Notes: a model not told the origin generated them from the letters alone. A stretch of 64,000 bases of DNA from Octopus vulgaris (GCA_951406725.2 OX597817.1:73594001-73658000); one strand, 5' to 3'; shown: positions 41,130 through 56,340, counted from the first letter of the stretch. Numbers and translations are program-made.

Positions 41130-41939
41130 CTTGAGGGTTTAGTCGAACAAATTGACCCTAGTACTTAGTTTTTTAAGTCTAATATTTACTCCATCGCTCT
41201 CTGCTGAAATCACCATATTACAGGAATGTAAACAAACTAACTCTGGTTGTTAAAAGATGGTTGATGACATATACACACATACTCAAATATGTGGAGGTGC
41301 GTGGCGTAGTTCTAAGGGTGTTGCACTCATGATCATAAGATTGTGGTTTCGATTCCTGGACTGGCGATGTGTTTGCTTTTTGAGCGAAACAATCTGAAGT
41401 TGTTCCTTTTCATTCCAAAATGAATAATCTTTTGAGTGAGTAGTATGCCATGCACTGGGAAAATATATACGACACGCAATCCTGGAAACCAGCCTCATGA
41501 GCTTATGGCTCGAGAAGGACATTTGATTCTTTTATATGCATACATACTTACCTACATGCGGCACCTGGTCGCCACCGTGATTACGTGGCTGACCAGAATA
41601 TCAGATGTTGTTTACACATCTCTGACCACAGTGAGCTTTGGATAGTTTTAGCCTTCGAATAACGCTACTCCGCTGCGTTGGCTGGGAGGTCAACATTCCT
41701 TCCTGATGGAAAGGGAGACTGGAGCAACGTGAAATGAAGTGTTTTGCTGAAGATTGCAACGCGCCGCCCGGTTTCGGAATCGAACCAATGTAGCGATTGT
41801 AAGTGCAACAGCCTGACCACAAAGCCACGCGCCTTCACTACATTCATACATACATACATACATACATACATACATACATACATACATACATACATACATA
41901 CATACATACATGCATGCATACATACACCCATACATACAT

Positions 41940-42530
41940 CTGCACATAATAAGAAGTACTGGTGGAATGTCCATGTGAAGACCTCAATAACGTTTTGATA
42001 TAATGATTTAGAATAGAGAAGAGAATCTATGTACAGTTGTGGAAATTAGCTGCCCAGCGGATTTTAACATAAAGCTGAAGATCAGTGAAAAAGAGAATAT
42101 CTACGCTGAACTATTGAGAAATCTGCTGTTACTCTATCCAGATTACAAGTTCAGGTTTATCATACATGTAATTAACGGGGCTCTGGGATATGTAACTCAC
42201 TGCCTAAAAACCAATCGTGAGAAATTAGGCTTCTCAAAACCGAAAGGAGAAAGCTAATTCCAAGACTACAGATCCAATTCATCACTGGAACTGTAAAAAT
42301 CTGTAAAACTTTCCAGAAGTTTAGCATTTAGATATATATGAGCATGTCTAGATAAATATGCATGAGAATACATTCATAAACAAAACATACAAATCTGCAA
42401 ATATACATCCATATATTCAGACAAACAACAATACCCTGTTGTTGATGTTGAAATTCCAATGAAGGAGCCTTGGATCTAGGTTAGAAACCAGCTCTTTCTC
42501 TATTAGCAAGAAATCTTGAAATAAAACTGA
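41940..42530 (+). mobile_element. RLE-type (R4/Dong/NeSL-like) retrotransposon 3' fragment
   Basis: KYWWNV.VKT, VVEISCPAD.N....EK..IY.EL, NGALGYV; adjoins (CATA)n. Confidence 0.8.
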
Positions 42531-43057
42531 ACATTGATATACATACATTTTTTTATTCTTTCATTCGTTTCAGTCACGCGGCTGCGGCCATTTATATACA
42601 GTTTTCCACACTATTTCCATCAGCCAGACTTAAAAAAAAGAAATGTTCGGTACGAGCCTATAGTGGAAACCACTTGCCAAAGGTGCTGCACTGTCATACT
42701 GAAGCAGAAACTATTTGGTTGCAAAGCGTGCTTCTTAAATACAGACATGACAGCGTCTACGTTGATGTAAATATTACATATAAAAAGCCAAGACAAGGCC
42801 AGTCACATGTCTGTCCTCATGCGCATACGCACACAAAAACACACACATTTAGGCGTTCCAAGCAGTTACGTTAAGTTAAATATGCACATATTTTATAAAA
42901 ATATATATCGAGGGTCATTCTTTCTGTATATTATTTCACATAAATATTGTCATTGCCCAAACTAATTTCTAATTTATTGCACATAACTCTTAGTAAAAAC
43001 ATGCCTTGAGTAGATGTATATTGTGAGGTTCATAAGAGTCTGGTTAATATCTATCTG

Positions 43058-43151
<94 letters not shown>

Positions 43152-43235
43152 CATCCACCCATCCTTCCATTCATGTATGTATGTATCTAAATATGTACGT
43201 TAATACACTCACACGCACATCTCTTCCTTTCTCAT

Positions 43236-43328
<93 letters not shown>

Positions 43329-43608
43329 GCGTACATACAAACATATACAAATTATATATACTGTCTTTCGTATACATATAAGTATGTATGTGTACAATGT
43401 ACATATATATCATGCTCTCTCTCACACACACATGTATGTATGTATTTATATAGACACACACAAATACATGCAGTTATATACATACACTCTAAATAATAGC
43501 TATAAAAACATTAGCAGTAATAACCAATGATATCTATTTGTTTCATCCATTTATTTGTGTATGAATGTATGTATGTTTGTATATATAGATATATGCGTGT
43601 GTATGTAT

Positions 43609-43686
<78 letters not shown>

Positions 43687-44135
43687 GCGTGCGTGTTGTG
43701 CGAGGAGGATCTATAATTTAGGAAAAAGAGCAAATTTGACATAAAGAAGAGAGTGGATGTATTCTGAATATAAAATTATAAATAAAGACATATTTGTATT
43801 GTTATACAGACATATCTTTTATTTATTTTTTTTGTGAAATATATCTGACGATTGCAAGGTTTCTCTTCTCAAATAAGGAAGTTTTATTTTTCATGAAACC
43901 GATTAGTAAGAGCGTTTCTCCGCATAACATGGTGCTAATGATGCTAATAGCCTGTCTGATGTATAGGCTACACGACAAGGGAGCCCCGCAGGTACAGGCC
44001 GCTGGATCTGCTGAGATAAATTTTGCATATATCTATGTATACACAGACACACACACATGCGTGTGTGTGTGTGATGTATGTATGTATGTATGTATGTATG
44101 TATGTATGTATGTATGTATGTATGTATGTATGGTG

Positions 44136-44213
<78 letters not shown>

Positions 44214-44239
44214 GGTATATGTGTGTATGTATGCATGTA

Positions 44240-45655
44240 AACTGTCTATCACGCTTTATTGCAAGTCAAATATTGATATTTTGAATATTACACATTGTAC
44301 AAACGTGAAACTAGGTCCATTGAAAGATCCTAGGTTGGTACGCTACATACAAAGTTTATTGTAGGTGTACGAAAATTCCCCTGACACTACGTCTGAGAGC
44401 TACAGAGAAGACGCTGGTTGTTGCAGGTCTCGCAGAAGGATTTTCTGTGGGAGAATTAATCCAAGAGCTTGGTCGGGATAAAGAACACTGGAGGCGTATG
44501 TGGAAAACCCCATCACCAAACCAAGGCTAGATAAAGGTACGAGAAGTGTATCCCAGCGTGACATCCGAAAAATAGAAAAGACCTCGGTAGCACAAGAGCT
44601 GATATATTTGAAAGTGCTGGGACTGCTCCTTTGTCCAGAAGCACACGGTGTAGGATTCTTTAAGAGACGGCCAGAAGTGTTAAGTGCATCGCTAGACCCA
44701 TCCTAAGCAAGAACCACAAATAGAAGCGTATTGATTAGGCACGAAAGTAAATGAAGATCAATTTCCAAGATGTCCTCTTCACGGATGAGGCCGGAGCTAC
44801 TCTGGATGGCCCCGACGGATGGGTCAAAGTTTGGGTACCTCTTGGAGCCTCTCACCAGCATCGCATTCAGCGTCCACAAGGAGATGGTGGTGTCATGTTT
44901 TGGGTGGCAATCATAGGAAATGAACATGTCGGGCTTTTCCGAGTGCCAGAAAGAGCCAAACTCACCAACAACTCCTACACCACATTTCTGGAGGAGAATT
45001 TTGCAGCATGGTTAGATGATCTGCCACTCTCACGTCGACGGCGATTGATTCTTATGCATGACAATGCTCCTTCGCATTCAGCCAAGGCCAGTCACTCATG
45101 ACTTGGTCTCCTTGATCTCCTGACCTAAACCCCATCGAACAGTTCTGGTCGATCTTAAAGAGGAAAGTGTATGAAAGAGGTGTCCAGGTTTCACCGAAGA
45201 TCAAATCAGTTGCTGGTACCATAACACTTTCTCAGATTACTCGGCTAACAGCTGTGAACAAAAGACTGGTTGATGTCATTTGTAAACAGGGAAGTTACGT
45301 AGACAAATAAAGTACAGCATCAACAATTTAAATGTGTTTGTTTCATATCTTTTGCTGCTTATCTTCTATAGCGTGTTTCATTATTCCAATAAAATGGTAA
45401 TACAACGATAATACTTTGTTTCATTACATTAAATTGACATTTTCGTACACCTGCAATAAAGCGTGACACAGTTGAAAGCACCTCAAAATACACGACTCAA
45501 CATAACTTTGTATGTAGCCTATCAATATGATTGAAATGTCCACTGCGTAGTATCTGCCTAGGATCTTTCAGTGGACCAAGTTTCACATTTGTACAATGTT
45601 TAATATTCAAAATATCAACAAAAATTTGACCTGCAGTAAAGCTTGATGCACAGTT
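44240..45655 (+). mobile_element. Tc1-like DNA transposon, defective, with IR/DR-type long TIRs and TA flanks
   Basis: VLFTDE..LDGPDG, GGVMFW, LMHDNAPSH, SPDLNPIEQFWSILKRKV (DDE); 44240-44377 is inverted to 45440-45655; TA at 44238 and 45656. Confidence 0.92.
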
Positions 45656-45759
45656 TATATACACACATACACACATACATACATACATATATACATACAT
45701 ACATACATACATACATACACATATATATTTATTATTCTTAAGAAAGAAAGTGAGTGACA

Positions 45760-46625
45760 GTGACTTCAAAGTTTCAGCTAGATACGCTATTAGCAGATTG
45801 TGGAGAGGTAATTAGGTTTGTGTGTGGGCTTTTATGGAAAGGTGTTTTAGAGAAATTTTTATTGATTAAATTTGAGGTTATATTATTGTTTAGAATTTAT
45901 CCAAGTATGTAGAACTTTGTCATCAGGCGTAAATATTTAGGTGTGTCCCTTTTCGTTTGTAGGTAGGTATAGGATGTGTTAGTAGTCTTAGTTACTTTTG
46001 GTTTTATTGAATTTAATCCTTTGCTTTGACAATGTAAAGTTCAAATGTTCAAACTTTTAGACGTGTATGTAAAAACTTACTAACTGGGTGTGTCAACTTT
46101 CGCAATGGAATTTTTTTATTAAAATAAAGGTGGAAGTGAGTAATCGGGGAAGTAAATAGAAGTAGAAAGTTGAGACGGAGGGAGGAGGGAGAAAGTGAGA
46201 CAAGTCAGTATTGGGAAAGGAGATACCATTGGTGGTTAGGTCACTCTCTCCTCCTTTTTTCGAATCCCACTTATACTTCACTTCCTCGATTGCTCACCTT
46301 CTCCTCCTTTCTGCGTCTTGTATTTCTTATCTTTTCTCCGTCTACTTCTCCACTCTCCATCCCGAAGCCGCCTGCATCCACCCTCTCCTTGAATTTTACT
46401 CCTCTCTTCCTCTTCTCCCATACTGCTTTTGCATCTCTCGCACTACGGCGTGAACAACTATTTGCCAATTTTTCTCCTGACAAAGGAAGCCAGTATTACG
46501 GTAATGTCTCTATGCGACCATCTACTGGTTGCTAATCCATGACTTTTTTGCACATTCTATCTGTTAATTATGAACATTACGACTATTATGTAATTCCAAG
46601 CTCTTAGAAACAGCTGCCAAGTAAC
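45760..46625. mobile_element. Penelope-like relic with decayed HHR-like motifs at both ends
   Basis: Minus 45830-46100 resembles the PLE C-terminus (..KFYIL..LN..PH); gaaac..gtc remnant near 45765 (-) and gaaacagctg near 46607 (+). Confidence 0.4.
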
Positions 46626-46824
46626 AAAAAATTGCAGTTTTCCGTACTTCTTACACTCCACGTAAAAGTAAATTCATTTGTCAATTTATATAAATATCTA
46701 TATGCTTGTACATATATTTATTTTTGTATCTATATATATCCCCATGCATGTTTATATCTATATGTTTATAAGTATACCTGCATCACTATCTCCTACATAT
46801 ATGTGTATGTATGTATGTATGTAT

Positions 46825-46856
<32 letters not shown>

Positions 46857-46997
46857 TATATATATATGCACATATGTACGCATTCATACAACCCCATAAT
46901 GCACATATTGGTATACACACATGCACAAACACATATATAACTTAATTGATAGAAAGAGAATGATATACTACGCACATACACATTCAAATAGATAACA

Positions 46998-47063
<66 letters not shown>

Positions 47064-48204
47064 AAAAGCTCTTGGACGAGAAACTGGATTTTCAATTATT
47101 TACACTGAACAAGTAACTCCAGTTTACAATCAATCTGGTGTTGTTGACACTTAAATATCTTTATTGTCAGTTCGCTAGTTTTCTTTTCAGAAAATGTCAT
47201 GTGAACTACGGAGACAGCGTCGGCGTCTATAATAAATTCTCTTAAAATAAGCAAATAGAAACGCTAAAACACCAAAAGAACAAATATTGTTAACCTTCCA
47301 GCCAACCAGCTAACCAACCAACCAACCAACCAACCAACCAACCAACCAACCAGCCAACCAACCAACCAACCAACCAGCCAGCCAACCAACCAACCAAACC
47401 ATCTACCTACCAACCAACCAGCCAGCCAACCAACCAAAAACCTACTACCCACTCAGCCAACCAGCCAGCCAAGAATAATCTCTCCTTCAACAATGAAAGG
47501 AAAAAATATTTGCAGCACAATGAAGAAGCAAAATACAACGACATATATATAATAGACCTGAATTTGATTAAACAGTTGTTATTACCACCGTTGCTATTGC
47601 TATTGTCTTTGTTGTCGTCGTCGTTGTCTGTTTTGCTCCAGGTCAGTCTTGATCGAGCAGAACTGTAATCAATGTAATATTTACTGTGAACTTATTGTCT
47701 TGTTTCCTTTGTGTAAGAAACCCTAAACTGCAATTTCCAAAGTGTTCTTTTCTGAAACGGCGAGGTCTGGTTTGAGTGAAATGTGTCTGTTATTTCAATC
47801 AGATCGACTGACAACATACAGGCTCCCACTATTGCTATTGCTGTCCTTTAGCCCCCACGTTCAGTTCTGAACAAGTGGACCGATGAGCAAAGACAATTCA
47901 GGGAAGAGCCTGCAATCTTTTGTTCAGGAATAGTGTACCAAGCACAATATTAGCCAAGGTATCATTTCTCCCCCTTTAAAACAAATAATAAATAAATAAT
48001 AACAACATAAAGTGCTTTGAGACGTGGTTGGTATTTCTAGCAGTCTGAATTGTCACATAGAGGTTCCTTTGTTGGCTTATTAAAATTTTTACTTTTCAGT
48101 TCGACGGTCATTTTGAATTGTATGTATTTGGCACGACCACTGACGTTCCACCGGCGACCATCCCATCATTGTGCATGTCTAGAACTACATTATTTGTTTT
48201 CGGC

Positions 48205-48535
48205 GAAAGTGTAGCTGAGTAATTAAGACTTTCACTTTTAGTTTCTGGTTCAGTCCCACTGCGTGGTACTTTGGGCAAGTATCTTCTACTATAAGCCCAG
48301 GGCCGATCAATGCCTTGTGAGATGAAAACTGTGGAATCTATCGAATACGTATTCATATTTACGTGTATGTGTGTACGTGGATCTTTGCTTTGTGTTTCTC
48401 TCTCAGAGCTCGACAACCGGTGTTGGTTTGTTAACATACCCATAAGTTAGTGGTTCAGCAAAAATGGTTTGATAGAATAAGAGACTTAAAATAAATTCTG
48501 GTACGATCGATTAAATCCTCAAAAGCGGTGATCTA
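48205..48535 (+). mobile_element. Diverged SINE S1
   Basis: ggttcagtcccactgcgtggtactttgggcaagtatcttctactata plus 3' body. Confidence 0.75.
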
Positions 48536-48587
48536 GGATCAGTGAGATTTGTTGGCTATTTCTAACAGAATAAGTGACCATATAAAT

Positions 48588-48639
<52 letters not shown>

Positions 48640-51600
48640 TCCCTCTGAGTTTGTTTGTTTTGTTGTGTTGGATTGATTTATGGAAGAATAAGTCAGATTG
48701 GTACGGTGGGCTACAAATATGGGAATTGTCGTTTTAATTTCTAGTCAGGAAGTGAAGGGCACTTTATATAACTCTATATGCTTTCAAGGCTCCCGATACT
48801 GTTAGAAACAAAGAATTTCTCAAACTGGAGCCCTAGCCCGAATATCTCTAACCGAGATATCTTCTCTGCTGAAGATACCACATGACTAGGTGTTGGGGTT
48901 AAACTGGGTAATGAATTAAGCCTACCAACCGAATAGGTCATAGCATGACTTGAACTCAGAATGCAATGAGCTAGAACAAAAAACACAAGGAATCTTGCTC
49001 GACGCTTTTATAACTCTGCCAATTCTCAATCTTGGACTGGTGCTTTATCTTTGGCAAATTTTGAACTCAGAATGAAGAGCCGGTTTATATAGCACAAAGC
49101 CGTTTGCCATATCATAGACCCGGATTTGTGCAAATGACAATCCAATGTTCAATACGGATATGGGAAATTCATAGAAAGCGCATTCGTAAAAAGATTAGTG
49201 ATCGAAAGACGAATTGATAGAAAAACATTCGCAAAACGAAATCATTGATCGAAAACATATTGCTCGAAACCACATGTAGCGAAAAGAATATCTCTCGACA
49301 AATATTCGTAATAAAACACAGAAATATATTGAAATTTAATATCGATTATTTGTTTTAATGAGAACAAATTATTTGTTAAATGAAATATATTTTCAATTTA
49401 TTTTCAGTTTATCTATTTTTTTCATATAAGAAAATAAATGTAATAGAAATACATCGAAACTTAATCACGATTGAGTTTTGAAGCAACTTATTGTAATTTG
49501 AAAATGATAACAGCAAATTATTTTTTTAATGAAATATATTTTCAATTATTTTTTCTATGTCTGTTTATATGTATATGTGTGTGCTTCTGTGTGTTCAATC
49601 TGTTTGGCGTCCAACATTCAAACATTTGAATGTTCATTCTATTTTCTAGTGATAATGCAATAATAATGATTTTTAACGTAGAGACATGATTACAATCTTT
49701 ATAGACGGACTATAGTCGATTAGATCTACCCAATAATTTGACTAGTAGTTATTTTATTTCACTAACGAAGGATGACAAACAAATTTGACCAGAGTAGGAT
49801 CTGATCGTAGAAGCAAAAGGAATGTAACTGTTCTACAGACCATTCTGTTTCACACTCTACGAGTTCATTATCTTACTACCCATTGCACTTGTAATAATTG
49901 TTTCTGCTTTAAGCTCAGGACCAAATAAATTCAAAGTAATCCAAGTAGTCGACTTCAGTCGATGCTTGCGTGTCCAGCATATCTTTCTGAAAGACGCAAA
50001 CGCCCTGAGTTCAAATCCTGTCAAAGATAAATTTGTTTACATTCTTTTGGGATCGGTAAATATAGTTCATGCTCATAGATTGACGAAAATGTTAAAGTGA
50101 TAGACAAGATAAATACCTTGTGGCATTTATACTGGCGTTTCGTATTTTGAATCAAATTCTGCCAAGATACTGAATACCGGAGCTAATCACGCGAACAACA
50201 CACATTTAGCCATTGTAGACATGTGGTCCAAGAAGTAGAATAAATGAGACGGCATTCTAAAGTTTTATTTAGCCGTAGATTAAAAAAAAGAACGCATAAA
50301 CAGAATGGAATAGTTTGTTCAATCTCCAGCATTTTATTTTCAAATTCCAACGTTGAGGTAGTTTTAGAGTAGTTAAATCACTTTGGCTAAAAACTAAATT
50401 ACATTTTGCTCTCACTCAGACACACAAGATGTATAGATACAATAAACAGAATTGATATCAGTTTATTACTGGTACTAACATCATCATCCTCTGGGAAGTG
50501 GTGAATAAAAACCATAATAACAAAACTAAATGGTTTAAGATTAAGTTTGGCTTTATCTGAAATTTAATATAACCTCTACACGAAATATAAACAGGTGTTT
50601 ATACCATTCCATGAGAAGAATAATTCGGGATTGTCTTGATTAGTTTCACTTCGTTTTGCAGAATCGTCGGAAATCAAGAAACCTTATTGTGTACCTATAG
50701 AGAATTATAAAACTTTTAGATATTTATATAAGGTTTCAGATGAGATCATCAGTGTAATTTTCTTAACAGTGTATTTACTAATATTGGGGTTAATTAGTTC
50801 GTTAATTAGGTTCTACCCATTGCATTATCTCAAACAAAATATGGCGAATTTAACCTCGATGCGAAAGTATCCCAGCTTTTCTGTTCACTAAAATAGTTTG
50901 GCTCGTAACTCTAGAAGTCCCATCGGAGTTGAGTTTGCTTTTCAACTCTTCATGCTCGATAAAATAAATACCAATCAATGAAAATAACTACACCTAACTC
51001 CCAAACGGACCAGGCAATGACAATATAGGAGGCGACATTGGTATATATTTTTTCTTCTTTATTTTCGATCTGGGCCGCACTCCTACTCATCGGTTAGTTT
51101 TTGAACGGTTCCAGTAGCATGTCTATTTTTCTGCAGAAGTTGCTAATCATTCTCAAGTTCTGAATAAATGGACGCATTGGTAATCATCAATGCCTTTCTC
51201 ACAGTGCAAAGTGATCGGTTTAGAGCGCGCGCGCGATTATGTGTGTGTATGTGTTTGTGTGCGAGAGAGAGAGAGGGGTGGGGAAGAAATACTCGGTTCC
51301 AGGCATTTCTTTCATTTACCGCGGGAACATGAAGGGAAAAGTTCACCTCAGTGGTATTTTAAAGGGAGCCGAATAACTATAGCAAGGTAATTTTTCTGAT
51401 GATTTAGCGACTTTACCAATTCGCTTATTATAGTATATTTGTTCATTATACCTTAATTATTATTGATTTCTAACGCAGTCACGGATATGATCGATTAAAT
51501 CGACTCATACTTAACTGGTATTTATTGTATCGAAACAGGAAAAAGGATAATAGACCTTTGCGTAATTTGAAGTCAGCTTTGAAATTAAGGCAAGACTAAC

Positions 51601-52505
51601 AACTCAGATTTCAGAAAGCAAAATCTCAGAAAAATAGCAAATGATATGCCTCTGGGTGTTATTAGTGTGTGCAAAACTGCAAATATTTCGCTAAAATGTG
51701 AATATTATCCTTCTGTAGTTGGAAATTGCTGTAAAATCAACCATTTCTAGCGTCTTTTGCGTTTTTCTCAAATTGATATTTCTGACTATCAGTAGCAATC
51801 TTTAGGTCACGATATCTCCGAGAATAACAGATGTAATAGGCTGAAAGGTTGCACGTATATTACTTTGATACTTGCTTAGATGCTGTTATAGTGTGATTAG
51901 ATACACTTTATTTGTTCATCTTCCAGAGACACTTGAATGCTACTACCCAGGGGTAAAAGACACTTGAACTGCTGCTTGTAGCTATTAGCGACCCGACAAG
52001 GAAATCTAGGCCAAATTCATCAATATCTAGTCTGTACTCCAATCTGTTAGCATTACAAGTTAGAGCGTATTATTTTTGATAGTTTGACAGAAAAATTGAT
52101 CTAAAATAAGGGTGTGTTTGCCTTGTCAGTCATTTTGAATTTATAATTAGATAATGTGGAAATTTGAATATCATGTTTTTTGATATACCTAACTTTGTTT
52201 TTGATGTATACCACATTTGGTTTGCCTGGCTTTTTCATTCCCGCTGAGAGACAGCATCTTCAATTTAGGAGTGTTTTCCTACCTCAGAGGTATTAATCTT
52301 GCCTGAAAGGAACATACATCAATTTCGCAAAGTTTTTTTTCCGACACTCAACCGATTCTACCATTCCACAGGCTCTGAGCTTAATAATTATTGATTTACT
52401 GCAAGGTTTTAAACGTGGGGGTCTTAGATGTAGATCGAGGCAGAACTCATCTACTACTTATGTTATCGACCACGGAGAGACAGTGTTCACCTCGATTGAA
52501 ATGAA

Positions 52506-52545
<40 letters not shown>

Positions 52546-54239
52546 ATATATATATATATATATCTTACACACACGCACATATATATATATATTTTCGGCC
52601 ATTTATGGTCACTGTCAGAATGTATGTATACAATTATGTGCGTTGACTGCAGTATCAGATCACTTTAGCTCTTATTTCTAGCATTGTAGCTGTTCAAACA
52701 TCCTCTGTCATATTTAAAGGCAATTATAGTTTTCCTTTTTGGTGATACATTGCTAGAGGGGTCACACAGGAGAGCTAGGAAGAAAGGGGGCTAATAAAGT
52801 AGTGGTGATCCCAAAACGAAGGTGCGCGTGCGTGTTTATAAGAGAGCATGTATGTGCGTGTGGAAGAGGGCTTGTAACCTTGACGTGTGCATGTGTGCAT
52901 GTGCAGGTGTGTGGATGATAGTGTGGGTGCTGGGAAGTGGTCAGCGCTAGTCTGTGCGTGGTGGTGTGATGTGATGTGGTGTTGTGTGGTATGGTGGTGT
53001 GTGGTGTGGTCGTGTGTGGTGTTGGAATGTGGGGGAGGCGAAAATGGGGAAAGCAAGGGTAGGGTGTGGGTTAGATTGATGGTGGGTGTAGAGGTGGGTA
53101 TGTAAGTGTGGGTGTAAGGGATGGGGTGGGGTTGGATGGGATGGATAGGGAAGGTGGGGTTGGATTGTGTAGGTGTGGAGTTACGAGGGAGGCGTGACGA
53201 TGAAGGGAGAGGGGAAGGGAGATGGTAGGTAGGAGTGAAGAGAAGAGAGGAGGGTAGGAGTGAAGAGAAGTAGGAGTCGGAGCAAGAGAGGAGAGGTGGG
53301 TGGGAGGAAGTAGGTGTGAGATGAAGAGAAGAGAGGGAAAGAGGGTTATTTATTCCTTCTTCTTAGCCTTCACACAAACGAATATAAGCTTTTTAACTAA
53401 TAAATCTTTTTTCCCATTATATTAACCTAATAATTACCCCTCTCAAGCCTATATCTTTTTTCGTTTGAAATTCAAGTAACATATAAAATTATATTAACTG
53501 TTTGTATTTCTTATTCAAAGAATTTTTTAAAACAATTTCTTTAAATATACAGCCTATTTTATTTTTATTACATACGCTCATAACTGTCAAATTAAATATA
53601 AATTTAAATATAGCTATGCTGTCCCATTGGACGCTTATTCATTTATATATATACATATATATATTTATATAGTGAGAATTTATAAAAAAACAAAAGACGA
53701 AGGCGGATGTGTAAACAACAAACAGATGTGTTAGTTTAACGCTCGGGAAGTGAGAAAGTCTTTTACGTTTCGAGCCTACGCTCTTCCACAGAACGGAACA
53801 CAGAAATAAACAAGGAGAGAAAATAGAAAAAAGTTTAGTGGCTAGCGATCTATCTTGGTGAATGCCAGACAGAGGGGTGACACAGGAGAGCTAGGAAGAA
53901 GGGAAGATAATACAGTAGTATAATTATATTATATACATATAAGAGGGATGACCACTAAGTGGACATCCATTATGCTAGAAGTCGACCACCTATGGTCTTA
54001 CCACTAAGAAAGGAATGTTCTCAAGAAAATTTAGAAAACGCCAGAATGTAACCGAGCAAGACAAATGAAAAGATCCAAAATATACAGATTAATCACAAAA
54101 CCCGGTTTCGTTGTTACCACTTACTTAATCACTTACGTAGATGTCCACAATATGTAATTTGCAGAACTATAGACGAAACGTCCCTATGAGATTAAACGTG
54201 TATATAGTTCTACCAATTAAATTACATTTGGGGTTATAT

Positions 54240-54790
54240 TTCAAAAGTCTTCGTGTGTAGTTCTGCAAATTATATTTTGCTATGACGATCACACTGAATG
54301 AGTTGCGGACAACAACACAGAAGCCTTCAGTAAAAATATGCGGAAGACCCAACTGGGGGATGTGCATTAATTTAATTAAGGGATCAGAGTTCTCCTTCAA
54401 ACAGCCACAACGTTTCACAATGAAAAGCAACTTCACATGTGTTTCGGAGAACCTGATATACGCACTAACCTGCTCTGGGTGTCAAGAGCAATACATAGGT
54501 CAAACAAAAAACAGTCTACGTAAAAGAATGACTCTGCACAGATTCCAGATCAAAATTCCCTAAAACAGAAAAATAGCATTCAGCCAACACATAGACATTT
54601 TTACTAATAACAAAAATCCAAGCTTCAGAATTTTTCCCCTCTACCAATTCAGGGACAATACAACCTGTAGCCAACGAATTAGTAAAAAGACTATCTTTAT
54701 TACAAAATACAGACCCCTTTTGAACGCGGCTACAACAAACGACATATCCACCACGGCCTTAGAATTACGCAAATATTAAAAATGATACAC
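54240..54790 (+). mobile_element. Penelope-like GIY-YIG endonuclease fragment (Cys-rich linker, Neptune-like)
   Basis: ICGRPNWGMC..FTCVSENLIYALTCSGCQEQYIGQTKNSLRKRMTLHR; premature stop at 54563. Confidence 0.88.
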
Positions 54791-55127
54791 TTAAGAGATT
54801 CCAAAGACTTCATTAAAAAACAGTCCCAATCACTGCTATAATCCATATCGAGCCAATTTTAGGTCAATTGACCATTTAACACCTTACTACTATCATACTA
54901 CCAACATTCTTTCTTATTCTCCCTTCTCTTTTTCTTCGTCTTCTTTCTCTTCGCCACCTCTTTCCTAACTTTACCACTATTGCTGTTTAGAATAACACCT
55001 ACGCAAATTACATAAACAAAATATTCAAAAGAGATGTTTCAGGAATTCAATCACTACTACCATTTTCAAGGGGGCACTTTCAGGGCAGTTGACCATTTAA
55101 CATACTACTATCATGGCACTCCCGCAT

Positions 55128-55270
55128 TCTTCTTCTTCTTCTTCTTCTTCTTCTTCTTCTTCTTCTTCTTCTTCTTCTTCTTCTTCTTCTTCTTCTTCTT
55201 CTTCTCCTCCTCCTCCTCCTCCTCCTCCTTCTTCTTCTTCTTCTTCTTCTTCTTCTTCTTCTTCTTCTCC
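55128..55270. repeat. (TTC)n/(TCC)n microsatellite
   Basis: Directly visible. Confidence 0.98.
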
Positions 55271-55529
55271 CCTACCAAGAATTCACAACAACCTCGACCT
55301 CGAACCCACAAGAGTAAACAAGAGAGACAGAAACAGGCAGAAACAAGGAAAATACCACTTATATTTGAACACTATGCAAATATTGTTTTAAAAAGCTTTT
55401 CTTTTAATTTTTCCAAAATTTAATTGTTTTCCAAACTTACCGTTGAAAAAGTCTCAATGACTGAAACCGGTACTGAAATGTTTTTTTTTTATGAAATTAT
55501 TTTAGTATTTTCTATCTTGACTTTTCCTT

Positions 55530-55573
<44 letters not shown>

Positions 55574-55699
55574 GTGTGTATGAATATACCTACATTTACC
55601 AACACACACATAAATGCATACATACATACATACATACATGCATACATACATACATGTCAAAGAAAATAAAACGAAATCGTAACGAAAGACTGCACATTC

Positions 55700-56340
55700 T
55701 TACTTGACAACTGCAAAATCCGAACCCCAACCAACACTATACCATGTACTGTATACATCTTCAGAGAAATTTGCCGTACATTGAATTCCCAATTGATTCT
55801 CATAAACGTTGCCACCGTCTTTATATAGCTTTGTTAGGAACATCACTTACTTACAAAAATTAGGTTCTGACACAGATGTGACACCTTAACCTCTTATCTT
55901 CTACCATCGCTTTGAAACCGCTGACATTTTGCTGTTTGTTAGGAATAACATCGAGCTTCTCTTGCTTCATTTGAATTCCTAACTCGATTCCCAAACCCAA
56001 TTAGCTTTCTTATGCTCATCTGGTAAACTTCCAAGAATACCTCATCGTCGTCATCGAGCAAGACACCTTCCACCAGCCACTAGATATTTATTTCTGTTAG
56101 CTCGTCCACAACATCATCTTCACAACTCGTTTGTCTATATATAAACGAAATACCCATTTTTAATTCGGTCACTGGAATGCGTTCTCGTTTTAGTTCAGAC
56201 TCAAATTCGACGTTAGGTGTGCAATTTGTTTGCCTCGTACGACGACAGATTTTTTTTCGCTTCCGCACGGTCTCCAAACTCCTTACCGTCTGTTCTTAGG
56301 CTGATCTTTCAATCTGTTGAATCTTAACAGTTAAACAACT
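55700..56340 (-). mobile_element. Possible Tx1/L1 ORF1 relic
   Basis: Decayed frame ending VEDKRLRCHIC (zinc-knuckle start); lies near Tx1 ORF2 relics. Confidence 0.35.

Noticed and set aside
50640-50760. Two minus-strand HHR-like strings
   Set aside because: Stem I and stem II pairing is not convincing.
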